Positions 1-9,308 of a stretch of 32,122 bases of DNA are shown here, piece after piece (the stretch's first letter is position 1; each line of letters starts with the position of its first letter). Both the position numbers and the translations under genes were made by a program. The stretch spans positions 1 through 32,122 of the IMG/VR virus record IMGVR_UViG_3300038674_000026. The stretch is one strand, 5' to 3'. Source of the stretch: a virus. Lineage: Duplodnaviria > Caudoviricetes. The notes under the pieces were generated by a model. It had not been told where the DNA came from and searched no databases. It saw nothing but the letters and a program-made list of their open reading frames with translations.

Positions 1-1601
1 GCGACAGACGCCGTGATCGCTTTGACGACCTCCGGATTCTTTTCGATGAATTCGGTTACGTCTATCAGGACTTCCTTGCCCCACACCGCCGCTTCCCTGA
101 TCGCGGGGTTATAAATGTCGCCTACCGCGATCTTGGCGTTGTTATATGCGTTTGACAGCATGATCAGGGCGCTTTCGGTCGTGGAGTACCACTTTTCGGC
201 TTCCGCCGTGAGCGCGGTATTTTCCGTCCAAGCGGTGTTGGCTGTGGCGAGCGTGCTGGACAATCGACCCCCGGATGTGGCGAGCGCCTTGACGACGTTC
301 GACATATGCGCCTCGGTGATCCCGAGGTCGTTGAGCGTGAGTGTCAGGCTGCCTCCGGTTTTCTCCACCCGCCCGAGGCCTTCGATAAACGTATTGAGCG
401 CGCCCGCAGCGTCTGTTTTCCAGGCGGCCGCGAAGTCCTTAGCCGACATGCCGGCGACGCGCGCCCAGGCTTCCAGGCCTTCGCCGGAATCGACGGCCGA
501 CTGCATATCCGTTATGAGCTTGGAGACGGCAGTCGAGCCCAGCTGAGATTCAAAACCCAGGCTCGTAACGGCGGCGGCAAGGGCTAAAATCTGCGCCTCC
601 GTCATCTTGGCGATATTCGCGCTGGCCGCGAGGCTTTGCGCGGTATCCGTGATTCTCGACTCCGTCGTCGGGTAGGCGTTGCCAAGCGCGACAACCGTGC
701 TACCGAGGTTCGAATAAAACGCCGGATCCATCTGTGTGATGCCTGCCATCTGCGCAAGCAGAGTCGCGGCGTTATCCGCCGTCAGGTCCGTCGCGGTGCC
801 GAGCATGGCCATGACGGTCGAGAAGTCGAGTATATTATTCTTGGCGATACCGAGTTGCCCGGATACCTCGCCGACGCCGGCAAGCTCGGTCGTTACAATC
901 GGGATGTCCGTAGAAAGAGCTTTGATCTCCTTGCCCATCGCGGCAAGCTCTCTGTCGGACAGATCCGTCGTTTTGGCAACGCCCGTCATAGCGCTTTCAA
1001 ATTCGATGGACGCCTGCGCCGCTTCGACGTACGCCTCCCCGATCTCTTTGAGCAGCTTGGCGATACCGGCAGCGGCAAGCGCTTCATGAACGGCGTTGAC
1101 AGCGGCTACGGAGTCGCGCCCGAAACCGCCGGCTGATTCGGCGGCATCCTCCTGCTCCTGTTTAAGCGAGGCGTATTCGTGTTCCAGCCGCCTGTTTTCT
1201 TCGGTCAGCTTCGACGTGTCGACGCCTGCGCTTCTCAGCGCGGCCCCCAGCTCGTTGAGCCGTCCTTCCTGAGCCTGGACAGCAGCCGTTGTCTTCTCGA
1301 TCTGCTGCTGCTTTTTCAGCAGCTTGTTTTCGAGGTCAGCTGAAAACGTGCCGGTCTCGCCGATCTCCTTCTGGATGTTGTCGTACTCCTGCCGGAGCAA
1401 TTCCAGCTTTTGTTTTGATGTTGTGATCGCCGCCTGCTGCTTCTGGTATGAGGAGATATCGCCCTGAGCCTTGTTGAGCTCCTGCAGCTTATTCTGCATG
1501 GCGGCAAGCTGCGCCTGCCCCGATTTGAATGTGCTGTTATAGCTGCCGCCGAGCTGGGCGTTCAGCTTGAAGAGCATTTCATACTCACGTCTGCTTGCCA
1601 T
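1..1601 (-). CDS. Tail tape measure protein, TP901-family-like (5' part; runs off window)
   Basis: Absent from the ORF track because there is no stop in the window. ATG at 1601 follows GGGAGGT and reads MASRREYEMLFKLNAQLGGSYNSTFK, then coiled coil, then ASIEFESAMTGVAKTTDLSD...GQLGIAKNNILDFS. It lies directly after the tail chaperone. Confidence 0.92.
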   Translation of the reverse strand, partial: MASRREYEMLFKLNAQLGGSYNSTFKSGQAQLAAMQNKLQELNKAQGDISSYQKQQAAITTSKQKLELLRQEYDNIQKEIGETGTFSADLENKLLKKQQQIEKTTAAVQAQEGRLNELGAALRSAGVDTSKLTEENRRLEHEYASLKQEQEDAAESAGGFGRDSVAAVNAVHEALAAAGIAKLLKEIGEAYVEAAQASIEFESAMTGVAKTTDLSDRELAAMGKEIKALSTDIPIVTTELAGVGEVSGQLGIAKNNILDFSTVMAMLGTATDLTADNAATLLAQMAGITQMDPAFYSNLGSTVVALGNAYPTTESRITDTAQSLAASANIAKMTEAQILALAAAVTSLGFESQLGSTAVSKLITDMQSAVDSGEGLEAWARVAGMSAKDFAAAWKTDAAGALNTFIEGLGRVEKTGGSLTLTLNDLGITEAHMSNVVKALATSGGRLSSTLATANTAWTENTALTAEAEKWYSTTESALIMLSNAYNNAKIAVGDIYNPAIREAAVWGKEVLIDVTEFIEKNPEVVKAITASV

Positions 1602-1616
1602 AACATACCTCCCGGT

Positions 1617-1796
1617 CTAATCCCGCTTCCGCCGTTCCAAGACGGCGTTGTTGTCCACGATCCATGCGCTCAGCTCGCAAAGCGGCAGGCTCACCCAATG
1701 AGGAACCGGCGTGCTCCAGTTTTGGGCCAGCGTCAGAAAGAGCTGCCGGAGCCAGCTGCCGCCGTCGCCGACTACAACTCCGAGCTGAGTAAAAAA
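1617..1796 (-). CDS. -1 frameshift extension of tail chaperone (gpE+E' / gpGT-like)
   Basis: Minus strand AAT TTT TTA (T TTT TTA heptamer at 1790-1796). The -1 frame continues TQLGVVVGDGGSWLRQLFLTLAQNWSTPVPHWVSLPLCELSAWI to a stop at 1617, just before the tape measure RBS. Confidence 0.8.
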   Translation of the reverse strand, partial: FFTQLGVVVGDGGSWLRQLFLTLAQNWSTPVPHWVSLPLCELSAWIVDNNAVLERRKRD

Positions 1797-2149
1797 TTTC
1801 TCGCCTTGCTCCTGATCTGGTTGTAATCCCTGATTGTCATGGCCTCGAAGGCGTCGACGCCGAGGCCGCAGGCGCGGGACGCCATGCGGATCAGAAACGG
1901 GCTGGAGAACGTCGGCGTGATGACCTGAATGCCCTTCATGGCAAGCTCGTTTTCTATCGCCAGCGCATCCCCGCCCGTCAGCTTTTCGAAATCGAATTCC
2001 AGCTTGGTATGTTCCCTGCCTTCCCATTCGAAAGGCTTTCTGAAGTAATGCACGTACTGAGGCGCGCCGTCTTTCAGCGCTTCCGCTTCAGCGGCTTCCA
2101 TTTCCTTCGCGGCTTCAATTTCGTTGTTTTCCGTATTAATACCGGCCAT
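1772..2149 (-). CDS. Tail assembly chaperone (P2 gpE / Mu gp41-like)
   Basis: 125 aa between tube and tape measure genes; LEFDFEKLTGGD and MTIRDYNQI..ARNFL motifs; slippery run near the 3' end. Confidence 0.85.
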   Translation of the reverse strand: MAGINTENNEIEAAKEMEAAEAEALKDGAPQYVHYFRKPFEWEGREHTKLEFDFEKLTGGDALAIENELAMKGIQVITPTFSSPFLIRMASRACGLGVDAFEAMTIRDYNQIRSKARNFLLSSEL

Positions 2150-2174
2150 GGTAAATCCCCTTTCATGAATGCCG

Positions 2175-2205
2175 AAAACCCGGCGGGACTACCCCGCCGG
2201 ATTTT
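2175..2205 (-). terminator. GC-rich hairpin after tail tube gene, probable intrinsic terminator or stabiliser
   Basis: Minus strand AAAATCCGGCGGG-GTAGT-CCCGCCGGGTTTT; the U tract is short. Confidence 0.6.
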
Positions 2206-2213
2206 CCTGTCTG

Positions 2214-2732
2214 TTATCTGCCGAGCGCCGACCTGACGTTTGCCAGATAGTCGGTCCCGTTGACGTAGAAGATGTAGTTGATCGGATCAATCTCCAACAC
2301 CTTTACACCCTCAATATAGCCAGCGAGGTAAAGAACGCTGAAGTCGCTGGCCGCGTTGGCCGAGCTCGCAGGCGCAAGCGTACCGGGTCCGAGCTTTTTG
2401 GGAACCACACCTACAACATATTTTGTGGGCGTTACAGCGATCCTCGCCGACGTGCTGTCGTGTGACTGCTGCGCGACGCGGAGCTCCAGATTGTGCCGCC
2501 GCTGCTCGTAGAGCCTGACGACGTCATTCGTGACGGCACGCCATTTAATCGACATGGACATCGCGCCGATATGACCGAGGGCGACAGCTTCAATCTCACC
2601 GGCAATCCCCGCGCCGGTTATTGTCTGCGTCTTGTTGGCGATCTCGGGCAGCGTAACCTCGGCAGAACCGAGCATGTTGACGGCGTCCTCGTAAATATCG
2701 TAGTGGATAACCATTTCAGGATTCTTTGACAT
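2214..2732 (-). CDS. Contractile tail tube protein (P2 FII-like)
   Basis: 172 aa right after the sheath gene; EVTLPEI...GAGIAGEI and LEIDPINYIFYVNGTDYLANVRSALG motifs. Confidence 0.9.
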   Translation of the reverse strand: MSKNPEMVIHYDIYEDAVNMLGSAEVTLPEIANKTQTITGAGIAGEIEAVALGHIGAMSMSIKWRAVTNDVVRLYEQRRHNLELRVAQQSHDSTSARIAVTPTKYVVGVVPKKLGPGTLAPASSANAASDFSVLYLAGYIEGVKVLEIDPINYIFYVNGTDYLANVRSALGR

Positions 2733-2745
2733 TGCTCAGCCCTCC

Positions 2746-4212
2746 TCAAACCGCCAGAGCCTGCGCGACGTAGGCCGCGCTGTACTCGAGCGTGAAGTCG
2801 ATTTCCTGGGCCGGACTCGGCGGCGTCATGTAGACATGCAGCTTGATGATTCCGGCCGCAAGATTTTCAGCCGTATTCTCAGACTCGATGTACTCGACGC
2901 GCGCGCCGTACAGCTTGCCCTCGGAGACGAGGCCGTTCAGCCAGATGTTCGCGTTGTCGACAATGCTGCCGATCAGCAGCTTCGACATCGGCCGGTCGAG
3001 CTTCGACCAGAACGTCTGGATCAGCGTCGAGCCCACCCAGCCGAACATACGCGACACCGGGATGAAGTAATCCTTGACCTCCGCGCTGACGCCGTACGCC
3101 GCCGTGTTGTTGCCCCACAGCTTGAACGAACCCATGAAGTTGATCGCCGTCACGACGCCGGCCGCGTTGAGGGTGTTGGCGTCCGTCAGCGTCAGGATCA
3201 CTTCGCTGTAGGTGCCGTCGCCGTCGTCCGTGACAATGGAATCGATCTGCAGCGCCTTGTTCGACGGGCTTTCGTACGGGCAGCCGTCGTTGCCGGCGTC
3301 GACGGAAGCCATCAGGCCCGCCACGTGCGTGGACATGTGGTAGACCTTGCCCCCGTTTCGGACCATGGGCCAGCAGAGGAGCTGCGTCTTGTCAATGATG
3401 CCGTTCGTCGCTTTCCAGGCCGCGACCTCACTGTAGTGATCAACCCCGGCGCTCGTCGTCAGCGCATCGATCAGAGCCTTGGCCGTGAACAGCCCGTTGA
3501 TGCCGGCAGCCTTCGCGGCCATCGCCGCCGCGACCGTGCTGTTATGGCTCCACCCGGGCGCGCAGATGAGGTCCGGAACGAGTCCGTGCAATGCCATCAC
3601 CTGGTTGACGCACTCAAGGCCGGTCGTCAGCTTCGTCTCGGTGTCGTACCCGCCGACGATTTCCGTCGCGGTCACTCCCGAGATCTTGATCTTGCTGTAC
3701 GCGACGCTGAGAGACGCGGCGCTGTAGATTGCGCCGCCGGACAGGACCTCAATAATGAGGTACTCACCGTCATACAGGAGACTGTAATCCGTATCAAGGT
3801 CATACGGATCGCCGGCGCCGCCCGCCGCCTTGACGACGACGGTCGAATCGATGGCGTCGATGGAGAGCTTGATCTGTTTGTTCGTAACGGCCATGTCCGC
3901 CGCGGCGACGGCCTCCTTCATGTCCGCGTTCGTCGGGTCGAGGACGTTCAGAAAGATGACCGGCTGGCAGCCGTACAGCTTGAAATGCGCGTCCATGAAC
4001 TCGCAGAGGGTGTACGTTTTCCAGTCGTCCGAATACCCGAGCGCGGCGACCGCCTGCGCGTACGTCTCGGCCAGCACCGGCACGTTTGCGCCGCCGCCGA
4101 CAGACTGCACCGGCGCCGTGCCGACCACGAAGGGAATGCCGCTGAGCGCAACGAGCGGCGTCGGGACGGTTGTCACGCCTTCTGCAACCTTAATACCGTG
4201 GTAAAAAGGCAT
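2746..4212 (-). CDS. Contractile tail sheath protein
   Basis: 488 aa; YHGI start, VVGTAPV, PDLICAPGWS, ESPSNK, LWGN and C-terminal TPPSPAQEIDF motifs. Confidence 0.93.
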   Translation of the reverse strand: MPFYHGIKVAEGVTTVPTPLVALSGIPFVVGTAPVQSVGGGANVPVLAETYAQAVAALGYSDDWKTYTLCEFMDAHFKLYGCQPVIFLNVLDPTNADMKEAVAAADMAVTNKQIKLSIDAIDSTVVVKAAGGAGDPYDLDTDYSLLYDGEYLIIEVLSGGAIYSAASLSVAYSKIKISGVTATEIVGGYDTETKLTTGLECVNQVMALHGLVPDLICAPGWSHNSTVAAAMAAKAAGINGLFTAKALIDALTTSAGVDHYSEVAAWKATNGIIDKTQLLCWPMVRNGGKVYHMSTHVAGLMASVDAGNDGCPYESPSNKALQIDSIVTDDGDGTYSEVILTLTDANTLNAAGVVTAINFMGSFKLWGNNTAAYGVSAEVKDYFIPVSRMFGWVGSTLIQTFWSKLDRPMSKLLIGSIVDNANIWLNGLVSEGKLYGARVEYIESENTAENLAAGIIKLHVYMTPPSPAQEIDFTLEYSAAYVAQALAV

Positions 4213-4224
4213 AGTGGTTCCTCC

Positions 4225-4638
4225 TTATGATTTGATCGCGGCCGTAATGTCCGCGTATGTTTTGCTGAGGACGTTGCCGGACGCGTGCACCTTCGCGCGC
4301 GCTTCGGGCAGCTCCTCAATCGGGACGATCAGGCGCTTCGCGGCAGGGTGCTTTTCGAGGACTGCCCTGAAGTGTTCCTCGACCGCCGTCCGGGTCCCCT
4401 TGGTGACACCGTTCTCCGTGAGCGCCGTCCGGGGTATCGACGGGCCGATATACACCCACGACCGCGCAGTCTCCTTCGGCGGTTTTGCGGCCCTCCCCGT
4501 GTTCGGCCGGTTTGCCTGAGGCGGCTTGTCGTCCGCTGTGGGCGTTGCGTCCCCGGCCTTAGTCTCAGCGCCCGCGCTTGCTTCCTCGACCTCTGGCGTT
4601 GTTTGAATAACGTCCAGCTCGTCATTTTTTACTGCCAC
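4225..4638 (-). CDS. Hypothetical virion-module protein
   Basis: GTG start overlaps the upstream stop, GGAGG RBS; low-complexity N-terminus followed by a VYIGPSIP domain. Confidence 0.7.
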   Translation of the reverse strand: MAVKNDELDVIQTTPEVEEASAGAETKAGDATPTADDKPPQANRPNTGRAAKPPKETARSWVYIGPSIPRTALTENGVTKGTRTAVEEHFRAVLEKHPAAKRLIVPIEELPEARAKVHASGNVLSKTYADITAAIKS

Positions 4639-5123
4639 TAAATATCTACCTCCCTTTCAATGGCGGGCAGCGTCCAGTTGGTGTCCATCTCGCCAAAATA
4701 ATACTTGTCCAGCCTGCCGTCGTTGTCCGGATAGATCACCCATTCAAGCGGGGGTTCCAGCACAAACTGCCCGCCTATCAGCCGCTGTCTCAGGAGCGCG
4801 GTACGGACCGACATCATGAGGTGGAGCAGCATCAGATTTCCCTCGCTGGCATTCTCGTGATATGTGGCGAAGATAATGCGCACGAAGCAACCGGATTCGT
4901 CGTCCTCTCCTTCTTCCTGCGCGTCGGTGCCGTTGACGAGCTGCAGCAGAATGTACGGTATGCGCTTTGTGTCGTCATCCGGCACCGGCAGACGCATCTT
5001 CCAGACCTCCGCCGCGCGTTCAACTGCGGCTTCACTCGGTTTGGTCTTAACCGGCAGCAGGATGCCGCCTGTGTGCGCCTCGACAAAAAGCTTCAGCTGG
5101 TCCAGTAATACGTCCGGCGTCAT
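4638..5123 (-). CDS. Putative tail terminator / neck protein
   Basis: 161 aa, translationally coupled to neighbours, in the lambda gpU-equivalent position. Function assigned from synteny only. Confidence 0.6.
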   Translation of the reverse strand: MTPDVLLDQLKLFVEAHTGGILLPVKTKPSEAAVERAAEVWKMRLPVPDDDTKRIPYILLQLVNGTDAQEEGEDDESGCFVRIIFATYHENASEGNLMLLHLMMSVRTALLRQRLIGGQFVLEPPLEWVIYPDNDGRLDKYYFGEMDTNWTLPAIEREVDI

Positions 5124-5737
5124 GCGTTGGCACCTCCGTAACCATTGAGTATGCGGGTGATCTCGACTTCGATCCGTTTTTCATACGTCACCTGTGCGGC
5201 ATCGATGATCCTGTCGCTGACGGCCTCGTTGCTGTACATCATCTGCGCCGTGGACGGGCCGTAAAGCTCCTTGATGGGGAATCTCTTGGTGGTCGTGCGC
5301 TCAAACACGCCAACGTGGCTGCCGACCGTACCGAAAAACGCGTTGTCAAGCTGCGTTTTCGTTCCTCCGTGCTTGACTCGGGCGTAGACATGGCCGTCCT
5401 TGGTATAGGTCGTATCGAACCGGATCAGCGGTATGACGTGCCCCCGGAAACCGAAAACCACTTCAAGCGAACTGTCGTCTTTGCGGAAGTGGTTTACGTT
5501 CTTGAGGTTTGCCTTAAACGTGGCCTGCGTAATCGCGTATTCCTGCACAGCAGCCCTTACCGCCTGCGTCTTACCCGATGTCGCCGCGCGTTTTAAGGCG
5601 CTGCCAACAGCCCTGTAAACGCCGCGCGGTATTCCGGCCAGTATTTTCGCGGCCCGCTGCACGGACGCATCACCGCCGTCGTCGGAAACGTCGACCACAA
5701 AGCCCCTTGTATAGTTTTCTGTTCCGATCGTGCTCAT
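5120..5737 (-). CDS. Tail completion protein, lambda gpZ-like
   Basis: Likely start MSTIG at 5737 (GGAGG RBS, overlaps the upstream stop); HVGVFERTTTKRFPIKELYGPS motif. Confidence 0.7.
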   Translation of the reverse strand: MSTIGTENYTRGFVVDVSDDGGDASVQRAAKILAGIPRGVYRAVGSALKRAATSGKTQAVRAAVQEYAITQATFKANLKNVNHFRKDDSSLEVVFGFRGHVIPLIRFDTTYTKDGHVYARVKHGGTKTQLDNAFFGTVGSHVGVFERTTTKRFPIKELYGPSTAQMMYSNEAVSDRIIDAAQVTYEKRIEVEITRILNGYGGANA

Positions 5738-6078
5738 TCGTCGTACCTCCGAAGCCCGAGGGCGATCACACCCATGTCGCACGCGCTCGTAATGATTTCG
5801 AACTCGTCGTCACCGATCCAGATGCGCCGACCCTTCTTCGGCACGAGCCCCATATCGCTCTGCGCCGCGTAAAACATGGTCGTCACACGGAAGATGCCTT
5901 GGATGTGGTCGTCAACCCGGCTGTTTTCCGGTCTTTCGTCCTGGACGGACTCGTCGAGCACAACCGGGATATCCCCGGAAAACTCCTCGTAGATGACGTG
6001 GCATGTGTCGGCAAACTCGTCGGTGCTGAGGAATACCGACTTAATGTCGCTCCCGATGGCATCCTTGAAGGTGCTCAC
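5734..6078 (-). CDS. Putative head-tail joining / head closure protein
   Basis: 114 aa starting STFKDAIGSDIKSVFLSTDEFAD; gpFII-equivalent position. Confidence 0.65.
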   Translation of the reverse strand: MSTFKDAIGSDIKSVFLSTDEFADTCHVIYEEFSGDIPVVLDESVQDERPENSRVDDHIQGIFRVTTMFYAAQSDMGLVPKKGRRIWIGDDEFEIITSACDMGVIALGLRRYDE

Positions 6079-6461
6079 GACGGCGATCCGGCAGCTGCTG
6101 CCGCGTTAATCGCCTCCGCCATGTCCGCCTTTGTCGTCCCTACCGGGAAGGTTAAGCCGTATTTGCTCCCCGCCTCGCGGAGAACATCCGGCTTCATCTC
6201 CTTGGTATAGACAGGCGTCCCAGGGTTTGCATCTTCGCCCGGGTTTGCATCTTCGCCCGCCGCTCCCGCGTGATCGTCTGCTCCGGGCGGCTCCTTGTCA
6301 CCTCCCAGCTCCTCCGAGAGAGACGGGTCGCGCGGCGCTTCATACGCCGCGCTTCCGTATTTCACCCACGCTTCCGCCATTTTAGGATCACTGGCGGGAA
6401 GCTCATCACCCGGTTCATACAGGCGGGACCCGAAAAGGATGGGCCTTTTTGCTATCAACAC
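6075..6461 (-). CDS. Hypothetical head-module protein with possible C-terminal HeH/Rho-N-like helix pair
   Basis: N-terminal LYEPGDELP domain, disordered linker, and MKPDVLREAGSKYGL..TKADMAEAI. Confidence 0.6.
   Translation of the reverse strand: MLIAKRPILFGSRLYEPGDELPASDPKMAEAWVKYGSAAYEAPRDPSLSEELGGDKEPPGADDHAGAAGEDANPGEDANPGTPVYTKEMKPDVLREAGSKYGLTFPVGTTKADMAEAINAAAAAGSPS
6222..6258. repeat. 18-bp tandem duplication (GEDANP x2) in a protein linker
   Basis: gggtttgcatcttcgccc occurs twice in tandem. Confidence 0.85.
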
Positions 6462-6474
6462 TGTTTTGCCCTCC

Positions 6475-7119
6475 TTACGGAGCCATCAGGCCGGCGGCCT
6501 TTAGGGCGGCGACAACCGCGTTGAGTTGGGCCTTGTTGGCGTTCGCCAATGTGACAAGGGCGTTGATCTCCGCCTTATTGGCATTGGCAAGGGGAACAAG
6601 GCCGTTTACAGCAGCTTTGTTTGCGTTCGCCAGCGCGACAACGGCATCGAATTCGGCCTTATCGGGCGCTGCGCCGGCGGCTTCGGCTCCGTCCGCAGTG
6701 ACAACCGCAACGCCGTCGACGATGGCAACCGCGACACCGTCCGCAGCGGCAACTGCAGCGACAGCCCCTGCGACAGGTATGGTCACGTTCATGCCGAGCA
6801 AAAGGACCTTGACCGTAGCGTCGGCCTGAAGCGCCGCCTCGATGGCCCAGCCTGCCGGCACGTTGCCAACCGAAATGTTTGTCAGGTTGTCTGCGCCTGC
6901 GTCGTAATAGACGGCCGCGCCCAGTGCGATCGCGACGGCGGCCTTGCCGCCTTCAAAGACGCCTGTAATGTGAAGAGCGCCCGTCGCGCCGACAGCAATA
7001 TCGCCGCCGGCAATGCCGACGCGCGTCGTCAGGTTGATGACGGTCCCTGCGGGGATAACCGCACCGCCGGGATTGGCGTAATCGATCGTTTCGCCGCGCT
7101 GAATATAAGTACCAAGCAT
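6475..7119 (-). CDS. DUF2190-like capsid cement protein with C-terminal head-fibre-like extension
   Basis: Starts YIQRGETIDYAN, GIAGGDIAVGATGALHITGVF and VKVLL (about 110 aa), then an Ala/Val-rich linker, three LANANKA repeats, and ends ALKAAGLMAP. Confidence 0.8.
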   Translation of the reverse strand: MLGTYIQRGETIDYANPGGAVIPAGTVINLTTRVGIAGGDIAVGATGALHITGVFEGGKAAVAIALGAAVYYDAGADNLTNISVGNVPAGWAIEAALQADATVKVLLLGMNVTIPVAGAVAAVAAADGVAVAIVDGVAVVTADGAEAAGAAPDKAEFDAVVALANANKAAVNGLVPLANANKAEINALVTLANANKAQLNAVVAALKAAGLMAP

Positions 7120-7151
7120 TTTTGTTACCTCCTGTTGTTATTAAGCCGTAA

Positions 7152-8669
7152 TTAAACAGCGGGGATGGCCGCGCCGGCGTTCATATAGAGGCCGCGGTAG
7201 TCGACGACGGTAACGCCCCAGTCGAGGAAGATATCCCACGTGAAGCCGAGCTGGCCGGGGGCTTCCATCCTGCGGACTGTGGGAGTCTCCTGACCGTTCA
7301 GGTAATCCACCTGGATGCCCTTCGCGCTCATCGGATCGGTCGCCATGAACCAAGGGCAGGCGTTCGCGCCGGCGAGTGCATTCAGGACGGGGCTCTGGAC
7401 AATGGTCAGCGGATAGTTGAACAACGGGTTGATGTCGTTGTTCGGGCTGTTGACAACCTGGGCGCTGCCGAAGGTGACGGCCATGGTGAATTCATAGCCG
7501 ACGCCCATAATGAGGAACTTAGGCGTCATGTAAATTGCATCGCCGAACGGATCTGTCTGGCGCTGTGACAGCAGGATGATGTTCTGGATCGTCCCCGCAG
7601 CGGGAGCGCCGGGAGCGGCAGCCTGGTTGGCGTGGGGCGCGCCGGCAGTAAACAGTTGTACGCCGTCGTAGATAACCGGATTGTTGAAAAGGATGCCGTA
7701 AACCTGACGGTCGATGGTTTTTTTCGCGCTGGCCGCGTACAACCCCGGGACCTCGGTCAGAAAGCCGATGTCGTCGTTGATGAACGCCTGACGGCTCATG
7801 CTGAACTGCCGGCCGTAGGTGTTGATCTGGCGCTGCGGCAAAAGCGAAGTACCGGGCCTGTCGTGCTTGATCTCGCCGTTCTCCGGAACGAGCAGGAAAT
7901 CGCCGGCGCCCCCGATCAGGTACCGCCTTTCGGGCGTCGGCTTGAAGTCGCTGACAGAGCCCTTCGTAGTGAACGCCTGGAAGGTTGTCGGCACAGACTG
8001 ATAACTGTGGACAATGGCCTTGTCGATCGCCGCGTCCATGATGGCCGGGAAAGCCGCAGCCGGGTTGAAGAACGCCCTTTGCAGTTCCGTGAACAAATCG
8101 CTCTTGTCCATGCGGATCAGCACCGCCGCGTTCTTGCCTTCGCGGACAAGGCACTCAATGGCAAGATCGCGCAGGCTCATGCCCCGGAAATCTTTTGCCC
8201 CGTCGGCAGGCTTTTCAACAATGACGCCGGCACGCATGGCTAGCGCGTCGATGGCGGCGGCGCGAAACTTGTCGCTTTCATCTGCCGTCACGCTGACGCC
8301 GATCGGCCCGCCGTTTTTCTTCAGCTCGTCGAGAACGGCTTTACGGACAGCGTCGACGGTGCTGCCGTCCTTGATGTACTTATCTGCCTCTATGCCGAAC
8401 TCGCGGCAAAGCGACGTGATTTCAGCGCTGCGAGCGCGCTCGGCGTCGACGGCTCTCTGCGCCTCGGCCTGCGTCTCCGTGCTTTTCGCATCGGCTGCGG
8501 CGGCTTCCTCCGCAGCTTTAATCTGAGCTTTGACATCGTCGACTTTTTTCTGCAGGTCATCAAAGCTTTTCTGCTCATCGGCAGACAAGTCGCGCTTGGC
8601 GTCTTTGGCCGCCTTGACGATAGCTTCCTGCTGCGCGAGATACTGCCTGAGCAATTCTTTCGGATCCAT
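7152..8669 (-). CDS. Major capsid protein (HK97 fold, N-terminal scaffold-like coiled coil)
   Basis: 505 aa after the protease; coiled-coil N-terminus, SVSDFK, VPENGEIK, TYGRQFSMSRQAFINDD, YLNGQETP and DWGVTVVDYRG motifs. Confidence 0.92.
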   Translation of the reverse strand: MDPKELLRQYLAQQEAIVKAAKDAKRDLSADEQKSFDDLQKKVDDVKAQIKAAEEAAAADAKSTETQAEAQRAVDAERARSAEITSLCREFGIEADKYIKDGSTVDAVRKAVLDELKKNGGPIGVSVTADESDKFRAAAIDALAMRAGVIVEKPADGAKDFRGMSLRDLAIECLVREGKNAAVLIRMDKSDLFTELQRAFFNPAAAFPAIMDAAIDKAIVHSYQSVPTTFQAFTTKGSVSDFKPTPERRYLIGGAGDFLLVPENGEIKHDRPGTSLLPQRQINTYGRQFSMSRQAFINDDIGFLTEVPGLYAASAKKTIDRQVYGILFNNPVIYDGVQLFTAGAPHANQAAAPGAPAAGTIQNIILLSQRQTDPFGDAIYMTPKFLIMGVGYEFTMAVTFGSAQVVNSPNNDINPLFNYPLTIVQSPVLNALAGANACPWFMATDPMSAKGIQVDYLNGQETPTVRRMEAPGQLGFTWDIFLDWGVTVVDYRGLYMNAGAAIPAV

Positions 8670-9308
8670 CTAGTTACCTCCCAAAAAGTTTTTGTTGATT
8701 GTGATCTGGCGCTCATAGACACCGATCGTGCTGGCCTTTTTTTGCTCTGTGTCGTCATCAAAATCCGCGCCCCGTCCGACGCCGACCGTCGCGTCTGCGG
8801 GCACGGAAACGACGCTGATTTCGTAGGGTTCCCACTGCCGGGCAATTTCGCATGGACCGGCAAAGCCGTCTTTTGACGTTTTACCGGCGGCGACTTCCTC
8901 CCAACTGTATACCCTGTAGCGGACCGAGGTCGTCTTGAGCGTGCCACTCTTGACTTTCTGATAGATGACCTCCGCGTCCTCGTCTGTGTCAAACTCAACC
9001 TCGGCCTGCCCGCGCCTGTTCTCGATCCACGCTCGGAGTATCTTGCCCATGACTCGATCATAGTCGTGATTAAACAGGAGCACACCCACAGTATTGAGGC
9101 GGGTCAAATCCACAGCCCCCTCGCTGTGATCGAGGATTTCCATGCCAAACCAGCGCTCATACGGCGTTTCGCTGGAAAAACTGACGATAAAGCGGCGCTG
9201 GTTCTCTCCCTCGACGGCCCGGATCGCTTCGACCGTCAGACACCGCATGCCAATATTTTTATTGCGCTGCTCCGTTTCGGGCCGGTCTCTCTGCAACTGT
9301 TTTGCCAA
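8670..9308 (-). CDS. Prohead maturation protease (HK97 / U35-like)
   Basis: SFSSETPY, LLFNHD, SVRY and WEPYEISVVSVPAD motifs. Probable TTG start at 9308 after AGGGGGTG; the ORF track starts at 9317. Confidence 0.9.
   Translation of the reverse strand: MAKQLQRDRPETEQRNKNIGMRCLTVEAIRAVEGENQRRFIVSFSSETPYERWFGMEILDHSEGAVDLTRLNTVGVLLFNHDYDRVMGKILRAWIENRRGQAEVEFDTDEDAEVIYQKVKSGTLKTTSVRYRVYSWEEVAAGKTSKDGFAGPCEIARQWEPYEISVVSVPADATVGVGRGADFDDDTEQKKASTIGVYERQITINKNFLGGN

Noticed and set aside
2836-4230. 464-aa plus-strand ORF and other long plus-strand ORFs
   Set aside because: Antisense shadows of GC3-rich minus-strand genes, with no recognisable motifs.
8667-8672. Genome-wide TAG recoding (alternative genetic code)
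   Set aside because: Long conserved genes have no internal TAG, and several genes end at TAG at natural boundaries.
8390-9085. 231-aa ORF bridging protease and capsid in another frame
   Set aside because: No RBS, motif or slippery site noticed; the Arg/Ser-rich composition is typical of off-frame GC-rich sequence.
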